Source: a virus
Lineage: Duplodnaviria > Caudoviricetes
Strand: one strand, 5' to 3'
IMG/VR virus record: IMGVR_UViG_3300020042_004316
Coordinates: 1-49,753 of that record
Length of the DNA stretch: 49,753 nucleotides
The notes beneath the pieces were generated by a model. The model worked only from the letters and a program-made list of their open reading frames with translations, searched no databases and had not been told where the DNA came from. Position 1 is the first letter of the stretch, and every line of letters starts with the position of its first letter. This document shows positions 19,280 to 30,400 of this stretch, in pieces. The position numbers and the translations under genes are program-made.

Positions 19280-21428
19280 ACACAACGGTTATTCTCGTGA
19301 CGGTATCCGTCTTTATCACATGGATCAGGGAAGTCCAGCGCCAGCGGCAGAACAAAAGGCCACTACAGAACTGCCTGATTGGGCAAAGCCGTATGCCAAA
19401 GACATACTGGCTAAGGGTCAGGCGTTAACTGACGTTAACCAGAACCCATATCAGATTTACAACCAAGACCGCATTGCAGGGTTTTCCCCAATGCAACAAC
19501 AGGCTATGCAAAACGCACAAGGCATGTCTGTTGCTCCTCAAGTTGGTGCCGGTACTGCAAGCGCAATAGGCGCTGGTCTTGGTGGGTTAGACGTTGCCAA
19601 TCAGGCGACCACTGGAGGATTCCAGAGCCAAGTAGGCGGGTACATGAATCCGTACCTACAGATGTCTTTGGCTCCTCAGTTGGCAGAGGCTAACCGCGCA
19701 TATGATGCTGGTGCAACCAAGCAACAAAGTGCCGCTACACAGGCTGGTGCGTTTGGAGGCTCTCGTGAAGCCATCATGGCGGCTGAAAATGAGCGTAACC
19801 GCAACATGGGGTTACAAAATATTATTGGTCAGGGCTATAACCAAGCCTTTGGTCAGGCCCAAAACCAATACAACCAAAACCTTAGCAATCAACTCCAAGG
19901 GTACGGTATGCTGGGAAACACTGCCAATACTCTTGGGCAGTTAGGGCAAAACCAATACACCCAAAACATGGGCATCAACGCACTGCAGTCGCAGTACGGT
20001 GGTCAACAACAAGCCCAGATGCAAAGAGGTTTAGATACTGCGTATCAGGACTTCCAGAACCAACAGAACTACCCATACAAACAGTTGGGTTTCATGTCTG
20101 ACATGATCCGTGGTTTACCACTGGGTCAGCAGTCTACATCTCAGATGTATCAGTCTCCCGGAAGTGTCGCTGGTCAGATCGCCGGTCTGGGCATGGGTGC
20201 TTATGGCATGAGTAGAGCCTTTGCCGCCGAGGGTGGCTTAATGGATTCTTACGCTGGTGGCGGAGAGATTGACAGCGCTGGCAACATTGCAGGCATCCTG
20301 TCTAAACTTAGTGACCAACAACTCCAGCAAGCAAAGCAAGCCGCACTAGGCCGCCGTGACGTGGAGCAGGCAACCCTAATTGATCAAGAGATAGCTGACA
20401 GGGTGGCTATGCGCACTGGTGTAAACGCATCTCCTATAAACGCAGATGCTATGGCTTCGGATGAAAACCCAGATAGCATCACAGGATACGCCGCTGGTGG
20501 CTCTGCTGTTCAAGCATTAATGAACAAACCAAGAGACCCAGAAACTCCTGTGGATCAGCAGGCTCTTGACATACTTGACAAATTGTCTGCCCGTAGCAAA
20601 CCTGCAATGGATGCTTTAAACGCACAAGTTGAAAGTATTAAAGGACGTCCTGAAGAGATCAAGGAGCGTGGTTTGGGTGAGGCAATTGCAAAATACGGTT
20701 TTGATTTTGCAGCAAAATCAGCTAAACCCGGTGCCAAATTCTTTGGTGCCGCCTCTGAAGCATCTCCTGTCCTTGCTGAATCCATGATGAACACTAAGAA
20801 GTCTGTTCAAGCGGCGCAAGACAATTACATCAACCTCAAGATGAATCAGACCAAGTATCAGATTGCTCTTGACAAGGGTGATATGCAAACTGCCGCAACC
20901 TTGGCTGGTCAGTTGCGTCAAGAGAAACAAAGCCAGAAAGTGCTGGAGTTGACTGCCGCCCACTACGTTGATGACTACGGAATCAAGAAGGAGCAAGTTG
21001 CCGCAACATTACGTGCGCAGGGCGCTCCGATCATGCAGGTTTATAACGAACTTAAATCTGATCCTGCCAACAAAAACAAGAGCCGTGAAGAACTCATGGG
21101 CTTGGCAAGCAGAGCCATGTACGGTGCGCAATATGCCGGCACAGAACAGCGCGGACTTTCTAATTACCTTAAAGAAAAGAATGAGATTGAGAAAGATTTC
21201 AAGACCTTACCGCTCCTACCGCCTAACAGCCCAATGCGTAAGCAAATGGAAGGTGCACGCCAACAAAGACTTGATGATTTAAACAAGATGTATCCGGGGG
21301 CATCAGGTCAAGAGGGCGCTCCATCTGGCAGCATTTCGTCTGCGGTGCCACAAGGTGGTCAGAGGACGGCGGCCTCATCTATGCAACAAAGTGATGTTGA
21401 TTTAGTCAATAAATATTACAGGCAATAA
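19263..21428 (+). CDS. Putative DNA ejection protein
   Basis: Q/G/A-rich; YMNPY, AGAFGGSR and GGQQQ...DFQNQQNYPY patterns; three xA.GG motifs. Confidence 0.6.
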   Translation: MLIPNKHNGYSRDGIRLYHMDQGSPAPAAEQKATTELPDWAKPYAKDILAKGQALTDVNQNPYQIYNQDRIAGFSPMQQQAMQNAQGMSVAPQVGAGTASAIGAGLGGLDVANQATTGGFQSQVGGYMNPYLQMSLAPQLAEANRAYDAGATKQQSAATQAGAFGGSREAIMAAENERNRNMGLQNIIGQGYNQAFGQAQNQYNQNLSNQLQGYGMLGNTANTLGQLGQNQYTQNMGINALQSQYGGQQQAQMQRGLDTAYQDFQNQQNYPYKQLGFMSDMIRGLPLGQQSTSQMYQSPGSVAGQIAGLGMGAYGMSRAFAAEGGLMDSYAGGGEIDSAGNIAGILSKLSDQQLQQAKQAALGRRDVEQATLIDQEIADRVAMRTGVNASPINADAMASDENPDSITGYAAGGSAVQALMNKPRDPETPVDQQALDILDKLSARSKPAMDALNAQVESIKGRPEEIKERGLGEAIAKYGFDFAAKSAKPGAKFFGAASEASPVLAESMMNTKKSVQAAQDNYINLKMNQTKYQIALDKGDMQTAATLAGQLRQEKQSQKVLELTAAHYVDDYGIKKEQVAATLRAQGAPIMQVYNELKSDPANKNKSREELMGLASRAMYGAQYAGTEQRGLSNYLKEKNEIEKDFKTLPLLPPNSPMRKQMEGARQQRLDDLNKMYPGASGQEGAPSGSISSAVPQGGQRTAASSMQQSDVDLVNKYYRQ

Positions 21429-24400
21429 ATGGAACTAAATCAAGTTCTTGGCGCACTGCGCAATGCTGATGCGGCAGGCGATGTTGAAGCCGCAAAAAGA
21501 TTGGCTGTAATAGCGAAATCTTTGACTGGGCAAATAGGCCCAGAGGCCATCATGTCCACGGAGGATTTACAGAATGCTAAGTCCGCACCTACCTCTATTA
21601 GCGATATTGCCCGCTCATTTGGTTCTGGCGTTGTTGGTGCAGGCAAGTCCTTGGTTGATGTATTTGGTGCTGGCTCTGGAGTCTCGCAGTATCTTGGAGA
21701 AGTTTCGCAAGGTCTTCAACAGGGCCTAACTCCTGAGCGCCAAGCAGAGATGGCTCGCCGTGCCGAGTTGTCTAAACGTGCTGAGAAAGAAGGAACCTTT
21801 GCCGAGATTAAGAGCGGCTTGGCTGGTATTCTTGAAGCCCCTCTACAGAGTATTGCGCAAGGTGTTGGCTCCTCCCTCCCGACTATCGCTGCTGGCTTAG
21901 TTGCCTTACCCGCCTCCGCCCCCGCCGCTCTAGCCGTGGGTGTTCAACGTGCTAGTCAGATTCTGATCTCTGCCGCACAGGGAACTGGTGAAGTTAAGGG
22001 CGACATCCATGAGTCCATTAAGCAAGCATACAAAGAAAAAAACCCCAACATGCCGCCCGAAGAGGTGGAAAGATTGGCAACCGAAGCACAGGCTTACACA
22101 CTAAAGAACGCACCCCTATTGATTGGCGGTGCAGCATTTGGCGCACTAGACGCCGTTACAGGATTTGAGAAGTCAGCATCCAGAGCCTTGAGAGGCGCGT
22201 TGACTCCAGAGAAGACATTCACCAAAGAAGGTTTGGATGCCGCTGTTGCTAACCTACCTAAGAAGGCTGTGGAAGCACCAACCTACTTGGGACAAGCGGC
22301 TAAGGTTGGTATTGGTGAGTCTATCCCTGAGGGCTTACAAGGTGGCTACGGTCAGTTAGCCCAGAACGTGGCAATGACTCAGGCTGGATTTGAGACGCCA
22401 ACATTCCAAGGCGTGGCAGGTGCGGCGGCTAGAGATGCTCTAGTTGGTGCGTTGACCGGAACGGCAATGTCTCCTTTGGGCTATTCTGTTGCAAATGCTG
22501 ACTTCCAAGCGGACAAGTTCTTGCGGGGCGTTCAGTCCCAACAACAGTTTGACAAAGAACGCGAAGAGTTCACTAAGACTCAAGAGCAGACCAAAGAGAA
22601 CCTTGGTGTAAACAAGACATTGATGTTGGGCTATGAGCCTCCAGCAGAGGAAGAGAAGTTCACCAACCCGCTTGCAACCATCAAGAGAAGTGAGTTACCC
22701 CCTGAGAAGAGTGGCGACATAATTCTTAAAGAGTTGAAGTTTGTGGACAGTTACCGCAAACAAAACGGTCTTCCTCCCATTAAGTCGTATTCTATTGAAG
22801 ACATCAAAGATGCGATGCCCGGTGTTGATCCGGAAGGAGAACAGGGTCGCATTGATGCCATCTTAGCCTCTAAGTACGGCTATAAGCCTGTGGACGACAA
22901 CACAGGTAAGCCAGTGAACTACACCGTTGATGACGTTATCTCTGCCGCAGAGGACGAGAAGAACGTTGCTACAGGCACCAAAGGGTTTAACGACTTCCTA
23001 ACACGCACTACAGGTTCTAGTGATTTAAACACTATGACCCAGCCTCAGTTGTTTGCCGCGTATTCTGCAATTAAGCAGATGCCTGAGTCCAAAGAGAAGG
23101 TGATCCTTCCTGAGGGTACAGGTGCGTCTAGATTTACCGACAAGCAATACAAGAAGGCTGTCAGTTGGTTTGGTCAGACATTTGAAGGTGTTGACAACAA
23201 GCCTTTGTCACGGGACACCATCATTGGAGATATTCAAGAAGCTACAGGGCTAGGGCAGAAGCAAGATGCTGAGGCTCTATTAGATACAGCAGTCAGAAAC
23301 GGTGACTTGGCTGAGACCGAAGAAAGAGTTTTCAGAACCTACGACGATAACGATAAACTTGTTGCAACGTACCGGGATAAGGAAAAGGCCGCCGCAGCGG
23401 CTAAAAAACAAGGTTTAAACGTTAGAGAAGAGACGCTTAGACAGATGATGCCGCCACCAGCGGCAGAGCCAGCCAAACGTACCACCCTCCCACAGGGTTA
23501 CGCCATGAGCAAGGAGACCATCAAAGAAGGTGAAGTCCCCGTTGGTTTTGACATCTTCCCAGAAGGTAAAGGTAAGTCTCTATTTACCGTCCCCACATCA
23601 GAGGCGGTACAGGAAAAGATTGACCAACTCATCCCTGCCCGTAAGAAGGAAGCCGCCCGTTACTTGGGTTACATGGACAGAGACAAGGCAACCTTGCAAA
23701 AGGCAAGAGACGGTTTGGTCTCTATGGAAGCCCGTGGTGAAGTTGGTTCACAGGCTTATGAGCTTGCCAAGACTAAGTTAGCCAAGCAAGAGAGAGTTCT
23801 GGGCAACCGCATCCTCAAGAGCATGGAGCGTATTACGGATTACGAGCAACCGCTCATATCACGCCCATCTGAGAAGAAGAAGCAAATTACCCGTGAGAAG
23901 ATCACGGTAACTAAACAAGGTAAGTTCTTAGGCAGTTTCCCTGATAACGTCAAGGCACAGGAGGCTATCCTTGTCCAGATGTCGGATCAGGAACTGGCTG
24001 ACACAGCGTCTGACGGTCGTCTTGGTGCGATTGCTGACCGTGCCGCCAAAGAGATTGAGCGCCGTAAGAGTCCCGCTGGCATCATGGTCAGACGCACTCC
24101 TAAAGCCAAGGAAGAGTTGCCACCTCTATCTCCAGAACTCACAGCAGTTGCTGATGAGATTTCCAAGAAGTTAGTCCCCATCCTTCAGCGCATGGGGCTA
24201 GGAGATGTTGGGTTAAAGATTGTTCAGTCTATTAAGAACGGTGGAGAAGGCTCTTACACCAAAAACCTGATTCAATTGGCTATTGATGCAGAGAAACCGT
24301 TAGAGGTTATGCATCATGAGTCGTTGCATGCGTTGAAGGACTTAGGGTTCTTTACACCACAACAATGGTCTACCCTAGAGAACCAAGCACAGAAGTCTTG

Positions 24401-27400
24401 GATCACTAAGTACTTAAAGAACGTACAAGTTGAAGTTGAGATTGAAGGCAAGAAGCAGACTATGTCTCGCTATGACGCCTATGTAGCACTGAAGTACACA
24501 CCAGATGACATTGTGGAAGAAGCAATTGCCGATGCGTTTGCTGACTTTGCTACCTCCAAGCCGCCGGGCGGAATGATCGCTTCCATAATGAAGCGTTTAA
24601 ACGACCTATTCAAGGCAATTAAGAATGCGTTTAACCGCAGCGGCTTTGAGTCCGCTGAGGACATCTTTGCCAAAGCACAGCGCGGTGAGTTGAAACAGTC
24701 TCAAGCAAATGCTTGGGCAGCCACCCCACAAGATGTAGAGAAGGCTGATAAGTATGCAGAAAAGAACGGCATCCTTCCCTATGTATCTGCTGGTAACTTA
24801 GAGCTTCCTTTACAGACTCCTAAGTTCTCTTTAAAGAAAGTAGATAAATATGGCATTGACCCAGCGTTCAACATCCCTTTAAACAAGGATGGAACGATAA
24901 CGGTCTACTACCACACCACCAAAGAAGGCGCACAAAAAGCCAACAACGAAAAATCTATCCAAACTAATGGCAAGCGTATCTATCTAACCAATGAATCTAG
25001 CGGTGCGTTGGTCTTGGAGAACAAGGGAAACTTTGACCAAGAGGTGGACGGTGCGGTGGTCATAATGAGATTGCCACCAAGCATGCTTCAGTTGGATAAG
25101 GCGTATGCAGACGGTCGTAAAGACTTTTATGTGCCAGTTAAACAGGGCGCTTTCTTTGACGAGAAGATGCGCATGTCTGCCATCCAAGTCTCTAAGAATA
25201 CGCCAATCCTCAAGAAGGGCGAAGTATTTAGTTACTCTGAGTACTCCAACCGTATTACAGATGCGATAACTGAATACGACAAGTTATCACCCAAAGAGCA
25301 AAAGTTGCGGATGGATGAAATCCGTGACTTTATGAAGGAGCAACACAACATTGGCACGTTGCTTACTGAGAACGGTAAGTTGGAAAAGACACGGGAAGTT
25401 GGACTCAAGAACCAAGAGACAGACGTTGCGTCTATGGGTCTTGGACTTGCCGCCGCTCAAAAGATTTCTGACAAATTAAGCACATGCCCCAACTCCGCTA
25501 TCTGTATGGACTTGTGTCTTGGAGATACCGCAGGCGGTAACCAACAGTACGGTGGCGTAGCGGCTAAGGATGTAAACGGTATTGAGAAGAGCGCCTTCCG
25601 TGCCGGACCGCGCATGGCGCAGTACTTGAAGACAGAGGGTTTGGTCATACACCCAGAAGAACTTGCCCTGATGCTCCATGACGAGATCACCAAGTTTGAG
25701 AAGTGGGCGAAGAAAAATGAGTATGAGCCATCTATACGTTTAAACGTTACTTCCGACATCAAGCCAGAGTTTTGGTCCGGTCTCATGGCTGCACATCCAG
25801 ATGTAGTATTTTATGACTACACTAAATTGAATGGTGACGCTGTTGCTCCTAACCATCACCTGACCTATAGCTCAACAGGCTTTGGTCAGATTATTGACGG
25901 TGAGTACGTTGCCCACAAGACCAACAACTGGCCTGCCATGCGTGGTCGTTTGGATCGCGGGTTTAACGTGGCTATGGCGTTTACTAGTAAGAGCGCACTC
26001 CCTGATCAGGTCATTGATAACGAGACCGGAAAAGTCTATAAGGTATGGGATGGCGACAACTACGACGCACGTTACTTAGACCCCAAGCAAGAGAATGGCG
26101 TTGGCATGGTTGTCGGCTTGAGAAACAAAGCCGGAACTATGAAGGAAGCCACTTCCACCATAGATACAGATGGATTCTTTGTTGACTACGATCCAAAGCG
26201 GGACGGTAACTTTGTCTTGGTTGCCAATCAAGGGCAGTTTAAAAACAGGGTCATCCCTATTGCTCAGGAGAAGTTAAGCCTACGTAGCGCAAGAGGAATG
26301 TTTGAAGATGGTTTGATTCAAGAAGTTCCAAATTACAAGGGCAGAGAAAAAATCATTGAGTTGCCTATCAAAGACTTCTTAAAACTTGCGCAAGAAGGCG
26401 AGGTCAGGAGTAAACAAAGTGATATTGAAGACCTATTCAAAGCTGGCACTAAATTAAATTCACTGCCGTTGTTGATGGCTTACAACAACCAAAAGGGCGA
26501 CCTAAAGGTTCAAGGACATGAAGGACGCCACAGGGCTAGGGCTTTGTTGGCTGAAGGGTATGACACCATGCCCGTCAGATTCCTGACTAGCATTCGCTGG
26601 TCTGAGCAAGAAGACCCGTCAAAATTTGACTATGAAAAGAATTGGCCTTCAAAAGTTCTGTCCGAGGACAGCGATGACATAAGCATTCCCATGCCTGTAT
26701 CCCGTGAGCAATCAATGGAGCCGTACAGCAGTGAGAAGTTAAGTCTTCGTAGCACAAAGGCAGCCCCAACTACGCCTGCGTTTAAACGTTGGTTTGGTGA
26801 TAGCAAGATTGTTAACCCAGATGGCACGCCAAAGGTTATGTACCACGGTACAGGTAAAGACATTACATCGTTTGAGCGCAAGACATCACGTGGCTCGCCC
26901 ATCTTCTTGACTGATGATCCGGCAGTTGCGGCATCGTTCTCAAGAGACAGCCAAGACTATGTGTTGGAACAATTTGTAAAAAATGCCCCGCTAGAACTTC
27001 GCACACAAAAGGCTGCCGAGTTATTGGATAAACTGAAGAAGGACGAGTTCAAAGGTTCTGAGTTCAAGGATAGAGTAAAGAAACTTGAGCAGTCGCTTAG
27101 TGAAGGCAAATTAAACGACATTATTTTGCTGGATGAAGAACGCTATCAACGCCTGTTTGCCGGTGAACTTGCCACCTATGGCAACGTTATGCCTGTCTAT
27201 GTCAAGGCAGAGAATCCGTTTGACTATGACAACGAAAGCCATCAAGAAGAAATTAAACAGTTTTATCCAAAAGACGAGCCGTCTTACGAACTTGATGATC
27301 TTTCACTCAAAATCAGGACGGGCGCTTGGTCAACGATAGAAAGCGCTGCTGTCCAAAATGCAATTAAAGAGGCTGGCTTTGATTCTTTCTATGTCAAAGA

Positions 27401-30400
27401 AGATGGCAAGAAGAACTTAGCCGTCTATGATTCATCCCAAGTCAAGTCTGCTATTGGTAATCAAGGCACATACGACATCAATGAGCCTGACATTCGTCTA
27501 AGCCTTAAAAAGGTAGATCAACTGTTTGATAAAGCCGATGACATCCCTGAGTCAGAAGGTGTGGAGATCATCCGTAGCAACTGGGTTGGTGGCGTGTCTG
27601 GTTTGGGCGAGCGTGGCTCGGCCTATGACTTGTACCGTGTAAACGGTGGCAGGAAGTACATGAGCGCCGTTCAAGACTTAGTGCGTAAAGAACTTGGAGA
27701 TAACTTCAAGGGCTACCGCCTAATGCATACCGACGAGTTGGAAGAGATACAGGCTGGCGCTATGGGTAGCCAACTGGCATCCTTCACCTTGCGTCCTGAC
27801 ATTGCACAGTCTTTTGCTAACCTTGCCACCTACAGAAAAGTTCCTAAAGACAAACTTAAAGTTGTTGAGATGGACTTGACTCCTGAGCATGTGTGGATGA
27901 TTGGTCACCCCGCAGAGAAAGAGTTGGTCATTGACTATGGTCAAGGATATAACCCTGAGGCTGTGGTTGAGTACAAGGAGAAGTTAAGCCTCCGTGCGTT
28001 GATGCCTGACCTGCGCAGCCAGCGCCAGCCGCCAGAATCTAAAGAGTTTAAACAGTGGTTCACTGGTAGTTACTTCACGTCCGGTGGTGAGCCATTGATC
28101 ATGTACCACGGCACTGCCCGTGATATAACCATCTTTAAAGGCAAACAGGCTAGTGCGATCTTCATTACCACCAACCCTGTGGTGGCTGAGAACTACACAG
28201 GCATGGGTGAGGACTACATGCGTGCTGAAGCCTATAAGGCTTTGACCCGTGACGAGAAGGCCGAACTCATTTCTGTTGTGGCTGAACAGGCCGAGCGGGA
28301 CGGAAAGATCAATGCCAATGAACTCATAGAGATTCAGAAGAACCTCAAGAAGCGCGTCCCTGATCTCAAGAACCTGCCATTTCAAATTGATGGCGAGATC
28401 ATTGAGAGTTTAAACAACTTGCTGCCTACACGCGGCAACATCATGCCGGTGTATGTCAGCGCCAAGAACGTCTTTGACTACGCCAATCCTAGTGATGTGA
28501 ATTTGGTCATGGACAAACTCACCAACTACAGCAAGACCTTAGGTAAAAAGGAAAACCCTGAGCAGTACCTAGCCGCTGTTAAGGGAATGATCTCCCGTGG
28601 TAACTGGCCTCGCATTGAAAGCCCTGAGGTGCAAGAAGCCATCAAACGCGCTGGCTTTGACGGGTTCTCTGTCCTAGAAGCCGGCACTAAGAACTATGCC
28701 ATCTACAACCCGACCGCCATCAAGTCCGTTACAGGAAACATTGGAACGTTTGGATTAGGCGAAGTAAGCACTGAACAAGCCGCACAGTTTGGCATGACAG
28801 CCGAGCAAGCCCGTCAGGCACAGGCAGAAGGCGATATCCGTTTAAGTCTGCGTAAAGCCCCAGACACACCTGAGTTTAAACGCTTCTTTGCAGGCAGCAA
28901 GGTCGTCAACGAAGATGGTGAGCCTTTGGTCATGTATCACGGAACTGGAAAAGACTTTTCAGAATTTAAGTACAACCCAACTAAGGCAATTGGTATTTGG
29001 ACGGCGCGAAATCCCGAAATCGCATCTCAATATGCCGACATTTCTTCAAGAGGTGGAGATTCTCCATCCGTATACCCTGTTTATCTATCAATAAAAAATC
29101 CTGCGTCTAGAAAAGATTATTTGCGAACAAGAAAAATTGCAGAAGAGACAAGTGTCAAGGAAGGCAGATGGAGAGACCATGACGCAAGACATCGTCAATT
29201 GCTTATAAATGAGGGGTTTGATGGGATATATTTACAAAACATAACCAAAGACCCGGAAGAAGATGTTTATATAGCCTTTGAACCAACACAGATTAAGTCT
29301 GCTATTGGCAACCAAGGCACTTACGACCCAACTAATCCTGACATCCGTCTAAGTTTGAAGCGCGTTCCTATTGGTGTACCGGATAACGTTTGGCATTTAC
29401 ACAACAGATATCAGGAAGCACAAGGAAACGTTGCTGAAGGCGAGATGGTTTCCCAGCGCAAGACTTCTGCAACCAAAGCGTTTAAACAGCTAAGCAATGC
29501 TGCCGAGAAATTTGCTGGCAACGAAAGCGACGCACTGAAACTCATGCAAGAGATGAACACCATCAGCGGTATTCGTCAGGCTATGGCTGAGGACGATAAG
29601 AGTGCGTTGGATGCATACAAGGTTATGTCTCCCGCCCTGTGGCGTCAGGAGACTCGTGAGAAGTTAAGTCTACGTGCCGTTACTCCAGCCGCTATCAATG
29701 ATGCGATTGACAGAACCACTTCCGTAAGAGAACAGAAAGGTTTTATTGAGAGGATGATGGAAGCCATCTCTCCTCAGTCATGGTCTGACTTCCGTGCCAA
29801 GGCTTTGAACCGTTACAACGCCATGAGCGTGGCAGACAAGAGGCGTGCTAAGAAGATGGGTGGAGCCGTCCTCCTTGCTGACCAAAGCGCTGAATCAGCC
29901 GCACTCATGTCTGATCTGTCGGCGGGTGTAACAGCCTCTGTCCTAGGTGTACATGACCGCAACGGCGGTGCTCCAGTGTTCCGTAACGGTATAACCACAA
30001 TTGATGGAAGCATCAAAGGTCCCGTGGCTATCTTTTCTCCGTTGGCAAGATATGGCGACCCCCGTGTTTATCAGATGTGGCAGTTCTATGCCGGTGCTAA
30101 ACGTGCCCGTAGATACTTCAAGGACGGTAAAGAGCAGAACTACACGCCAACCGACATGGCATACGCCGACCAGTTGGGCAAGCAGTATCCTGAGTTTAAA
30201 CAGATATTTGAAGAGTGGAACAAGTTCAACAACGCACTAGTCCAGTACCAAGTAGACACAGGTGTACTGAGTAAAGAGCGTGCAGATGAGTACCGCAAGT
30301 TTTCAGACTACCTACCGTTCTACCGCCAGTTGGAAGATGAGGCAACCCTCGGTCCCAAGGTGTTCCAAAGCATCTCTGGTGTCAGGGGTCCTAAGAAACT

